From Podarcis gaigeae (Eukaryota): DNA of 64,000 bases. How positions within the stretch are numbered: position 1 is the first letter of the stretch; every line of letters starts with the position of its first letter. Below are positions 1 through 11,840 of this stretch, piece by piece. The notes under the pieces were generated by a model, which worked only from the letters and a program-made list of their open reading frames with translations, was not told the origin of the DNA and made no database searches. Position numbers and translations under genes: made by a program. Location of the stretch: assembly GCA_964106915.2 (NCBI GenBank), contig OZ066922.1, one strand, 5' to 3'.

Positions 1-854
1 TTTGCTCCAGTGATGGCAGTCTGAAAAATTATATGCCTATACTACCAGTCAGCATCTGGTCCATTCTCTTTAAAGAGCACTTAGCTGCTCCCCATTTTTT
101 CCCCAAGGCAGTTTCTTGCTCTCTAATCTTTCAGCAAAAATGTCTAGTAAGTTAGCCATTGGATGGATGCTGCTGCAACTTTTGATGGAAGAGGCAAATA
201 AGACTTCACAGAGGTTTATTAAAACAATAAGGCATAAAAGGGTAGTGCCTTATGAGCAAGCTTACTCTGAATTAATAACTGTTCATGACTTCTCTGCTAG
301 GGAGAGACCGAAACATCTGAGCTTTAGAATTTATGCCATCACTCTTTGCGTTGGTCTCTCACAATCAATAATTTTGTATTGAACACAGTTTATATGAACC
401 TGGGCAGAGATTATTCCAAACTGAGATTGTATTCTCGTATTAAAACTTTTTTCTATAGCTTCTTTAGCTGATCAAGTATTCATGGCAATTTATTTTACAA
501 TCCATGTATTTTCATATAATTATATCATCACTTATCTTACATGATAAATGGGCATTATAAGACAGTTTACTTTCCATCTCAAATGACTTAAGAGGTATGA
601 GTTACCTGTCCGTTTTTTCTATGAGACTAAGTTTTGATGCAGTTTGTGGTGGAAGTCAGTTTTCTTCTGATTGTTGCCATAAAATGTTTCCAAACCTCAA
701 CAAAAAAAATTCCTCTTCAGCATTCAAGCATTATTAGCTCCCAAAATGGGTAAGGTTTACAATTAGTTCAGTCATTTTGTAGAGTTGTTTTTTTTTTATT
801 TGAATTGATCTGTAGAGCAAAGATATTTTTGTAGATAAAAAAAGTTAAGTAGAT

Positions 855-1222
855 TGAACTGGGTATGTTTAGCCTGGAAAAGAGGAGGCGTCTCTTCAAA
901 TATCTAAAGGGCTGATACATGGATGATGGAGCAAGCTTGTTTCCTCTGCTCCAGGGGGTATGACCCAAACTAATGGCTTCAAGTTACAAGAAAAGAGATT
1001 CTGACCAAACATCAGAAGGCACTTTCCAGTGGTAAGAGCTGCTTGACAGTAGAACCAAGTCCACTGGAAGGTGGTGGACTCTCTTTCCTTGGAGGTTTTT
1101 AAGTAGAGGTTGGATGGCCATTTGTGATGGATGCTTTAGTTGAGATTCCCACATTGCAGGGCACTGACCCATTTAATCCTCTGGGTCCCTTCTGACTCCA
1201 CAGTTCTATGATTCTGTGATTC
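855..1222 (+). mobile_element. CR1 LINE 3' fragment
   Basis: Decayed ORF2 end (tttagcctggaaaagaggagg..., ccttggaggtttttaag) and terminal ttctatgattctgtgattc repeats typical of CR1. Confidence 0.85.
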
Positions 1223-2451
1223 AGTGTTTAGTATTTTCTTGCTGCTTTTATATTGCTGGTTTCAATCAGTGCTGAGCCTCCTTCACTCGCTTGCTCTTTC
1301 CATTGCATATATTCCTTATATGTTTGAGGAAAAGAATCACCAACGAAACATTTTGGAAAAAATGATAATATACTTTTAAATAAATGTAAAATATACAGTG
1401 AGCACCTGTAAATTGATAAACATCTCTGGCAACTGTAAACGTATTCACTCAACAGCAAGTTCCAGTCCTCCAAGTCCTTCATCCCTATCTCCCTCTTAGG
1501 GCTCCTCTCCACTCTTTCTTACTAACTTTTCTCTCAATGAATTCTTGTTTAGGACCCAGACAAAGAGCTAAACCCTTCCCCTACTAGGCTCCAGATAAAA
1601 TGAGCAGTACTAGATCTTATCCACTCCCCGCTTCACCATCAATTAAATTACCCATTCTTCCAACCTCACCCCTATAGTATGCAGCAAGGACACTTCTTCC
1701 TGATCCTCCTCCACATAAAGGGAATGCTCCAGTCTGTCCAGAGAATGAAAGATCAGGCTAACACACACAAAATACAATGTGACAAAAGATAAAAATCAAC
1801 TGGTCAGTTCCATGTACTGCATGGCTAATGGAAAAGACACATAAGGTAATTGTTTCCTGAAAGCTTTTATCTGTAAACTCGGAATAAATGGAAGACTGTC
1901 ATCTAAAGGACAGTGGATTGCTGATTTGATCTTAAGCCTCATGTCCCTTTATATTAGCATATTCAGATTCAGGCTCCCTAAAATGCAATAAGTCAACAAA
2001 GACAATTTGTGAAACCCATCTTATGACATGTAACCTTTTGCAACTTTTTTCTGATACAGGTGAGCTATGCGATTGTTAGATTTTCTTTCAATTAGAAAAT
2101 GTTATATAGTTTTTAATATTGCATTTTGCACAAAACATGTGTTAATATAGTAGGTATGCCTCCTGTTAAAGACACTATTTGTAATTTAGCATCATTTTCA
2201 ATTCCTTATTAAACTGAACAATCTGGTTACCATATTCAATTTCCCCCAAGCTGTTTTGTATTCAGTTGTATTCTGTACAAAAATAAGCTTTTAAAATAGA
2301 AAAGAGGAAAAATATTGTACTTAAGCAGAACTCCCCCAAAGCCTGATTATTAAATTCAATTAATAATCAATCAATAATAATCAATAAATGTAAATCATTG
2401 CAGAGTTGTAGAGCAGCCACATGTTTCATCACCTGATCTTAACACTTGATT

Positions 2452-2520
2452 GGGAGCTGCCCAGAGTGGCTGGGGAAGCTCAGCCAGATGGGTGGGGTAT
2501 AAATAATAAATTATTATTAT
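2452..2520 (+). mobile_element. L2-like LINE 3' tail
   Basis: gctgcccagagtggctgggg...gggtataaataataaa(tta)n; related to the - strand copy near 28200. Confidence 0.55.
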
Positions 2521-3125
2521 CTTTGACTTTGCCTGCCAAGCTAGTTGGTTTGCACAGCTAAGCCATGATTTCCTGGACTATGTGTTTACAGGCAATAAAC
2601 CATAATGTGTCTTAACCATGGATTGTTTGAACACCCTACTCCATAAATTCATTCAGCTATAAAGCCAAGAGGCAAGAGTAGCTGGAAAGCAAAACAAACA
2701 TTGGAGGGAAATATGACTTGTTTCTCCAGTCATCTGGAGACAACCCGTGTTTAACTTGTGGTTTCTTAAACAATTCATGTCCTTAGTGTTATGTGCAAAC
2801 CAGGCCACAGAGTGGCCTCTTTCTTTTCTCTGAAGTCGAAGGAATGACAGCTAGGTTTCTCCTCCTTCTGACTGATCTGGTATCGCTGTTGCACAGGCAG
2901 AGAGGAGAGAAACCCTCTCATTTTCTCTCTACCCAGGCTATCCTCTGCTGCTTTTGATTGAGGGTGGTGAGTATTTTTCAGTACATTTGTGTAGAAAGTA
3001 GAAAGTTGTCACTATGCCTCCAGTCTATCTATTTCAACAACTTATTTCTCAATGAATATAGGAAAGCAACTGATGTTTGATGTGGTGTTACCCTCATTGA
3101 TGGGTTGTGCTGCAAGGCTCCATAG

Positions 3126-3421
3126 CAGGGATGGGGAATCTTTTTGGTCTAGTGGGCCTGATCCTTATTGGACCCTGACAACAGCCCTACACTTGGAACT
3201 TCCCAAGCCACAAACATGGGGCTGAAAGAGTTGCTTTATATAGGGATTAGCTGCATTATTGAATTCCTCACAAAGACCTTGGTCATGTAGCCAATGTAAT
3301 GGTCATGTAACCTGCCCCACACCCGATGACGCAAATGATGTCAGATGTTAGGAAGTTGAGTATGGGGAAAACAGCCTTGTGGGTCAAATTTGGCCCATGG
3401 GTCAGAGGTGCCCCATCCCTA
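3126..3421. mobile_element. Old hAT-like MITE
   Basis: Terminal inverted repeats cagggatgggga and ccccatccct; no clear TSD. Confidence 0.55.
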
Positions 3422-4498
3422 ACTTTCAGTCCTGTGTGGTCCACCCAAAATTGAGGCTGAATGTGTCTGTAACAGTGAGCACTGCATTGTGCAACTGTGT
3501 CAAGTGATCTATGCCCTAGATGACAAGGTGGTGTTGTGTGGTTTTAAGTGGATGCAACAAGAATGCCACTAAGATTACCAAAACATTTTTTTATTATTTT
3601 TTTAGTTAGACAACTGCTTTGTGGAGTTACTGTGCTAGCGTCTGACACTTGATCACTTGATCAAAACCTAGCCCAGACCAGCTCAGGAAATCTATCCAAG
3701 TCTAAGGAAAGGCTACATACTAGAGTGCACTTGTATTATGAATCCTACTATGTTCTGGAGATATGGAAAGGAATCACATAGGCCTTCAGCATATTCTCCC
3801 TCTGCCCCTTCCCGCAGGCACAAAGGGAAGAGATTTCAAGTTTCTTGTTAGTGAGAAACCAGTTTCCCTTTGCATCTTAGCATGGCAAACTGTGGCCTGG
3901 GCAAACACCATTTGCCACATCAGCACACTTCCAATATCCCCATGGTTTGCTCTCCTGTCTGAATGGATTATCCCATAGTTCAGTTACAAAAGAGCTACAA
4001 ATCCATCAGCTAAGGATTTCTACTAGAAAGGATTCTAGTAGAAATAAAGGCTATATTCACTTAACCAGCAAGATGAAGACTATCAAAATGTAAGCATCTA
4101 CTATGAACATACTATCAGAATGTCTTAAAAGTTTTATTTCATTGATTTTTGGAGGGTTGCAGACATCTTGTCATTAAGTGTAATCTCACAATGAATAGCT
4201 AATCATTGCAGCTTTATATTTCTGCATTATGCCAGTTGCACAGGAAAAAGAAAAAGAGGAATAACCTTGGACACAGTAGTTTTTATTGGTAGAGAATATA
4301 ACCTGTTGTCATGGAGATCAGCATGGAGCTTGCTTATGTGAGATATTTGCTGCCATAGCTCTGTAAAAGCAGCATCTTAATGGAGAGTGAGGTCAGTGTT
4401 TGATCATAATAAAGAGCTTTCATAGGCCATAGAGAGGGAGAAGAGGATACTTTTATTTGCATTTACCCTTCAAGCATTCACTTTTTAAATTCCATATA

Positions 4499-4883
4499 CA
4501 GTGGAACCTCAGTTTTCAACCATCTCGGAAGTTGAACATTTCGGCTTTTGAACGCCGAAAACCCGGAAGTAACTGGTTCAGTTTTTGAATGATTTTCAGA
4601 AGCTGAATGTGCCACACAGTTTCCGTTTTGAGTTTCCCTATTGTATTGAGGCTTCTGCTTTCAGTTTTTGGTTTTCGAACGTTTAGGACAGGCATAGGCA
4701 AACTCAGCCCTCCAGATGTTTTGGGACTACAACTCCCATCATCCCTAGCTAAAAGGGCCAGTGGTCAGGGATGATGGGAGTTGTAGTCACAAAACATCTG
4801 GAGGGCTGAACTTGCTGATGCCTGGTTTAGGAAGTCGAACGATCTTCTGGAATGGATTATGTTCGAAAAACAAGGTTCCACTG
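4499..4883. mobile_element. Tc1/mariner (Tigger/pogo-like) MITE carrying a nested hAT MITE
   Basis: TA|CAGTGGAACCT ... AGGTTCCACTG|TA. Confidence 0.85.
4689..4824. mobile_element. 136-bp palindromic hAT MITE nested in the Tigger-like MITE
   Basis: 8-bp TSD gtttagga at 4681-4688 and 4825-4832; CAGG...CCTG ends; internal gactacaactcccatcatccct inverted repeat. Confidence 0.9.
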
Positions 4884-4943
4884 TAAAATGTACCCTTTCA
4901 TGAATATTTTTGGCGTCCAGGTATTTCCTCTTTTTAAAAAAGT

Positions 4944-5103
4944 TGCTGTACCTTTACTGGTCAGCCATTGGATGGATGCTATAGAATATTTAATTTATTA
5001 CATTTAGAATTCTTAGAAGCTTAGAAGCTTCTAAGAATTCTAAATGTAATAAATTAAATATTCTATAGCATCCATCCAATGGCTGACCAGTAAAGGTACA
5101 GCA
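4944..5103. repeat. Perfect inverted repeat with 79-bp arms and a 2-nt spacer
   Basis: 4944-5022 is the exact reverse complement of 5025-5103. Confidence 0.95.
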
Positions 5104-6132
5104 TTCATTACCTCACTCCTCATTTTATTCCCACAACAATCCTTCAATGTGATGACTGGCCCAAGGTCCCCCAGTGAGTTTCATGGCAAATAAAATTTGT
5201 TTTTGGAGCAAAATACAGAATATCCAAATAAATACAGCTGACAGGGCAAGTAAGATCCAGTGTTCTATTGTATATAAATTTGGCATGCAACAATAACCAG
5301 TTTGTGCAGTGGGAAAATAGCTACTGCATCTATTTTAATATATACAATTGGTAGACATAGAGTAGGAATGTGGCTCTCTCTGCAACTTGATAAAATTTAG
5401 CAATAGTGCTAAAAGAGCTATTGGGCTACAAAAAATATTATTGAAGGAAAGTGTTAGGTACAACAAAACCTATTCTTGTAGTTATTTTACACTTTATGCT
5501 ACATCAACATATAAGGTGCAGAAGTAACAGGCATTTCTTTTCAGCTCTCTGATTTCCAAGACTCTTATTCGCAAATTTGCTTTTTTGTAAAAATGATTTC
5601 ATGGAATGAATTGTGACCCCACGGCTTCTGTAAAGCAAATCTGCTCTGCTGTCATCCACTACCAATGTGCTTGGAGTAAGTCCTACCCAACTCAGTGAGA
5701 CTCTTTTTGAGTAGTGTGCAGGAATGTACTGTTAGGACGGTATGAAAAAATCCACATTTTATGTGCTGTAAATAAAATAAACAAGGTTGTTTTCCAGCTC
5801 TGTACTAATTGAGGCACCTCTGTTCTGTGTATTTAATTAATGTACTTTTCTTTCTGAAATGCTTTTGGCTGTTTGTCAAGTACTTGGCTACTCTTTCATC
5901 TTGGATGTTAATTGACTGTTGTCTGCCAATTAGCATGGCCTGATGGATTTCCTTGCGAGCTATTCTGGCTCCCAAATAATTCAATTTGTCTTCTAAATTA
6001 ACGAATCTAAACATTTATATTTTGTAGATAAATCTCTGCTCCACTAAGAACAGAGCTAGATGAAGTTCTGTCACAACTCCCACCGCACTGCCACCAGATC
6101 GTAACGAACTACCCCCATCTCCGACACAATTG

Positions 6133-6136
<4 letters not shown>

Positions 6137-6178
<42 letters not shown>
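6137..6178. repeat. (TTA)n microsatellite
   Basis: Direct reading. Confidence 0.95.
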
Positions 6179-7314
6179 GAAGCACAATTCAGCTGTTTTG
6201 CTTTCTCTACTTCAGGCTGAAAACTTTTACTTATCTATCCAACCCTTTTACTCCTGCCACTTTGTATAAATACAAAGCCAAAGCCTTGGTTTACCAATCA
6301 GTAGCTATGCATAAGAGTGGTACAAAGCAGTGGAAAGCTTCACAAAATATATTTTACTTTAATTAACAATGTAAAAAGATGGTAATACTAATTCATATGT
6401 TGAACTTTACTTGGAAACTGTTTCTTTAACTAAAAGGCTTATGCATTATAACATTTAAGAAGACTATTCTAAGGGATTCAATTCCTCACCTATAGGCATT
6501 GAGGACTCTACTTGCAGTCTTCACTCAGGTCCACAGCCTCGTCTATCAGGCTTCTATCAGGACTTTTGCTGTAATCTTCAGTGCCAGCAAACTCTGCTTC
6601 GTCAGGTACTCAGCAACCCTACTGAATTGGTCTTAGTACTTTCTCGAAGGCTACCTCTGGGGCAGTGACTTTCAGCCAGAGACCTCCTCAGCTTCTGTGA
6701 GTCATTTCAGTTGTTGGCTTCTGTCAGGCATCTCAAACCTCTAAGCCTTTATGTTCCAGCTCTACTGCTTCTGTCCTTTTCTTTGCTCACTTATTTACTG
6801 TGACAGACCCACCAACTGACCTTGACTGTGGCTTGAGATTGCCTTTTTATTTCCCACCACTCATTCCAATTTGGGTTGAATTCTCTTTCCCCATCAGGTT
6901 CAACGAGAGGAGACAAAATATCCACTGATTAGACGAATCAGATCCTACCAATTTTCAGTTGCCTGTGGCTGTATATGCTTTTATGAGTTTTTTTTTTGGG
7001 GGGGGAGGGGGAAGTAAAGTGTTTGCAAGATCCTTCTAACCCCTGGAGACCAACTAAGTTTGTTACTGGTATGAGCTTTCGTGTTAGTCACCTGCTGATC
7101 TCCTGTTGATCTCTTCATATAAAAGTCAAGACAGTTTATATGCTGTGCACGCTTTACATTCAGTTGTGTGAATTCCCTTACACGTTTCTTCAAACCAAAA
7201 CTTTACTTCAGAAATGGAATTTTTAAAAGCTTTAAATAAGGAAAGAAGAAATGGAACAGACATGTGCCTTTCATTCTTTCTTATATGTTTCGTATGCTGC
7301 ATTTGAAGGTTAAA

Positions 7315-7640
7315 AAAGGTAAAGGGACCCCTGACAATTAGGTCCAGTCGTGACCAACTCTGGGGTTGCGGTGCTCATCTCGCTTTACTGGCCGAGGGAG
7401 CCGGCGTACGGCTTCCGGGTCATGTGGCCAGCATGACTAAGCCACTTCTGGCGAACTGGAGCAGCACACGGAAACACCGTTTACCTTCCCGCCAGAGAGG
7501 TACTTATTTATCTACTTGCACTTTGACGTGCTTTCGAACTGCTAGGTTGGCAGGAGCAGGGACCGAGCAACAGGAGCTCACCCCGTCGCGGGGCAAGTCC
7601 TAGGCTCTGTGGGTGAACCCACAGTGCCACCTGCCTCCCT
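7315..7640 (-). mobile_element. Sauria-type SINE with a short deletion in the head
   Basis: Reverse complement of the 35053 copy; 14-bp TSD atttgaaggttaaa at 7301-7314 and 7641-7654. Confidence 0.9.
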
Positions 7641-8908
7641 ATTTGAAGGTTAAATGTACTTTCATCAGAATGGGAAGAAGGAATACTAATCAAAGTGCTT
7701 AAATTTGATTGAGATACTGGAAAAAAGGATGATAAAAGATGGTAGTTGTGAGCCTCATTCTATAGATTTTCCTGGTGTAAAAAATTACCTATTCTCCTTT
7801 GTGGTTTGGAAAGGCAGTGACAGCATCTCTTTACTTCTGCTTCTTTCATATCTCTAGATTTTTTCTTTTTTTAAAAAAACCCACACCTAATAGAACTTAG
7901 TATTGAGTGAGGCTTTTATATACACTGGCCCTTGTCATAATTTTATTTTTGTTACATGCATAGCTTTTACACCAGCTTTTCATAACAGTTGCTCATTTAT
8001 TTGACATTAACATGCCCACTTCTCTAGAAATTGATACATACTTTCCAAAGAAGTAACCATGTTATTACTAACATATTACCACTAACTTTCTAAAGCCGAA
8101 ATAGGAGTTCTAAAACAGAATCATTAAATGTTGAAGAGGACTATAGGCTTCTGTTGGGAGTCAAGGTGGAAAACATTAAATCTCAAGCAAGCTGTGTGAT
8201 ATATTTGTGCAGCCAGGAAGTCACGGACTGAGAGCCCAGCAAAATCCATTATGGATAAAATTGCTAGGTGTTTTTTTCTCTTCTTTCTTATATCTGTGTG
8301 ACATTCATCACATGATGTCATACACATCTTCCAACGCCATGCAAGCCAGACTGACGTGGTGTAGCGGAAGGCTGCACTGGCCTGTGCAGTGATGGGAGAT
8401 TCAGCACAGGCCAGTTCTGCCTTCTACTAGGTCATGCAAGTCCCCCTGGTGTCAGGAGATGCTGCAGGGACTGGCTTGCAACATCTCCTGACACCATCTG
8501 AGCCAGTACAGCTTTCAGCTAGGCCTTGCGCCTGGCTGTGCCGGTCTCCCTTGCGCCTTGAATATTTGGGGTCTGAGCCCTTTGCTAAGGAATATTGAAG
8601 GGGCTGACGACATCTCTGCCCCCTAGAGTTGGCATGCCTGACTCTCATGTATAGCCTGTGAATTGTGCTTGGAAACGTATAAATGATTTTAATTATAAAA
8701 GCATGCTTTAGCTGACAGGCTAGTCTACCTTGTACATGTTGCACAGCAACCTGAACATGTTTGCAGGCTGGGGGTAAAGGAAACAACAAAAATATACTTT
8801 GCTGTTCATACCTTTTGTAAAACTGTAAATGAATACTCGAGCTTCCTTAGCCTTAACCTAGTATTAAATGTTGGTGCACTCTCACATGCTATTAATGATT
8901 TCCAGGTA

Positions 8909-9168
8909 CAGTGGTACCTCTGGTTGCGAACGGGATCCGTTCTGGAGGCCCGTTCGCAACATGAAAAGAATGCAACCCGCAGCGGTGCGTCTGCGCACGC
9001 AGGGGTTGCAATTCACCGCTTCTGCACATGCGCGTGATGTCATTTTGCGCTTTTGCACATGTGTGAGTGGTGAAACCTGGAAGTAACCCTTTCCAGTACT
9101 TCCAGGTCGCCGCGGAACATAACCTGAAAGAATGTAACATGAAGCGGACATAACATGAGGTATGACAG
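8909..9168. mobile_element. Tigger/pogo-like MITE
   Basis: TA|CAGTGGTACCTC ... GAGGTATGACAG|TA; imperfect TIR. Confidence 0.75.
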
Positions 9169-10085
9169 TAATTTAGGCATGAGCAAAGAAGCAACAGAAG
9201 GTGACTGTGACATGCTCAGACAAGTCAAAAACTAGGTTGTTACTTGGATACATTGATTAATGTTGTAGGAAACTAAAGAAAAATTCCAGAGCTGAATAAG
9301 AGATACGTCTGACGGGGAAAATATAGAAATAGTACTGTATTTTATTCTGTTGCCATAGATGTTCGTAACCTAAATGCGCTTGACATATGCCTTAGCAATT
9401 AGCAAGTAACATCTGTAAATGCATTAATATTTATGGCAGTATCTTTACATATGCATTGTGAAAGGAACATAATTTTGCTCTTTTTTGTGCATAGGCTTTA
9501 GCTTAGCAATTCTAACTGAAGTATTGTGTGGAGACATGGTGAGCCACTGATTGCAGCTCTATCTCTGCTTGTACCAGTGGTGCAGTTATGTTTTTAAAAG
9601 TACACAGAAAAGTCCAGTATGCACCTCTCCCACCCATTGTGCCCACAACCATTTTTAGATATTCTCCTCTACTTTCTCCCACCTCCCTGGCTTTTGCACC
9701 TCTGTCCAATTTTCCAAAGAACAAACTTGGAAGTAGTTGGGTTCACTTGTTTCTCCATATACACAAGGACAAAACTGTAGGTCATCCAACTATGATCTGT
9801 CCTACTAAGATGGTTTCCCTCTCAGAACATCACCACCATCTCTTTTTTTGCTGCTTCTCAGGATGAAAAGAAATAGGGGCTTCATAGTTGAGATATTGCA
9901 GGGTGTTGTTGTCTAGAATCCTTACTGGAAACATAACAAATTCAAGCTTTGCTTGATGGTTGGTATCCCTCAAGGACTTAATCATTGGCAAGTTTCTGTA
10001 ATATATGCCCACTTGTGTTGGGAGTTAAGTACCATTCAACTAGGAGGCATCTTTCTGCTGACCTGGGCATAACTACTGCTTAAGC

Positions 10086-10404
10086 CAGGGGCCAGCAAAC
10101 TTACCGCACCTCGGGCTGGTGTCTCCAGTGCTGATCGCGCGGAGGAGCGCGTGCCCATATGCATGTGCACACATTATTTCCAGCACACTTCCGGGGCAGA
10201 GGAGCACAGGAAATAGCTTGTGCACATGTTCACAGGCCTCCTCTGACCCGGATATGAACCGGAAATAACGCTTGCACATGTGCACAACCTATTTCTGCTG
10301 CCCCTCCGACCCACGCAGCAGCGGGTGGCGGGGGTCGCTGTGGGCTGGATAAACGAGTCCCTTGGGCCTTATCTGGCCCGCGGACCTTACTTTGGGGACC
10401 CCTG
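10086..10404. mobile_element. hAT MITE
   Basis: CAGGGG...CCCCTG ends; 8-bp TSD gcttaagc at 10078-10085 and 10405-10412. Confidence 0.9.
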
Positions 10405-11057
10405 GCTTAAGCAATACTACTTTCCTTTGACTCCTTGTGTCTGTGTATGTATATGTATATCATACATAACAATATCTAGCTGAGTTTTAGGGTCAGGCTC
10501 CATTCATATGAGTCAAGATAGTTTTATGCCTAGATGTACATGGTTTTCTTTGATTTGTAAATACACTTTAAATATTGTTGGAAAATGTCTAGGATACATA
10601 GCTAGTTCTTCCTCATGTTCTTTGTGGCGTCCCACATATAGTGCCTGCAGCTGTGCAGAACAACATTCAGAAGCTACAGAGACTGTCAGCTTTCTCTCTT
10701 TCCCAGATTTGACATTTATTAAGTAATTTTAAACAATGGCTAGAAACCAAAGAAACGCATAACTAGTTCCACATGCCCTAAGGGGCTTCTAAGTTCCTTT
10801 CTTGGACAACAGATTGTGGGGATTTTTAAAATTATGATTAAAGCATAAAGATGTGCTGTGGTAAGGAGAAATAACTAAAATTCCTGAGGTCTTGAGCTTG
10901 CTTAAAGTACTTCTTTGGATACCAGCTGGTAATCCTTCAATGACACGAACTTTGTAGGTTTTCAGATGCTGAGAGTTAAAGCAAAAGATAATGCTGTGCA
11001 AATTTTAATTTTCTGGTTTAGACAGAAGCTAAGCAACCTTTACTATTCTTTTTACAG

Positions 11058-11108
11058 AATGAGAAATCTCCAGGCCGCTCAACAAGCCGCTCAAGTAACA
11101 TTTCAAAG
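11058..11108 (+). CDS. MARCHF1: MARCHF1 internal coding exon (NEKSPGRSTSRSSNISK); the upstream first coding exon appears to lie outside the window
   Basis: tttacag acceptor and gtaagt donor; 51 nt, phase 0-0. The peptide closely matches mammalian MARCH1 NEKSPGRSASRSSNISK. Confidence 0.95.
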
Positions 11109-11801
11109 GTAAGTTACGAACTACTCTCAGGCAGACCTACTGTGACATATACTGTTTTTGCTGTAATCTGAGGCACACTTACTTGGGAGTGAGTCCCATT
11201 GAATACAGTAGAACGTAAACATGAGTGTGATTGGGCTGCATTTTAAAATGGGCTTTGTAATACTTTGAGTATGTTTTCATTTAACACTAAACTGTGGTTT
11301 AGCATTACAAGAATGAGCTGAAGCAAGCCTTGATCACAGACACCTCTCCCATGCCCTCTATTCCTCTCAACAAGGAGAAAGTCTAGAAGCTTCTCTTTTG
11401 CTGTGTTGTCTAAATAGAAAACTGTGGTTAACCTCAACTATGGTTTGTTCAAGTGAGCTATAAACTATGGTTTGAAATTGAATTGTTTCAGCAAACCATA
11501 GTTAAAATTAACCATATTTTGTCCCAGTTCAGATTTCATGAAAAGCTGTGGTTCATTTAAAACAGAAGTGAAAGCTTCCCAATACCTTCTTGTGGCTGCA
11601 CTGGAGAAGGGAGTATGCATGCCTAAGAATCACTATGGCTTGCTCTCATAGTACTAAACCAAGGTTTTGCCTTATACTCCTCTCCCCACCCAAGGCCAAG
11701 ATGTGTCACTCTGGAAACAAGCCACATCTCACTGAAGTCAACAGTATAAAGTCCATTGGCTTCACTAGATCTGAATATTGCTCTCTCAAACCTTCCGTTC
11801 C

Positions 11802-11804
<3 letters not shown>

Positions 11805-11839
<35 letters not shown>
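11805..11839. repeat. (TG)n microsatellite
   Basis: Direct reading. Confidence 0.95.

Positions 11840-11840
<1 letters not shown>

Noticed and set aside
1-11057. Upstream first coding exon of MARCHF1
   Set aside because: I could not find either recalled N-terminal peptide (MLGWCEAIAR... or MPLHQISVIP...) by eye; it probably lies upstream of the window.
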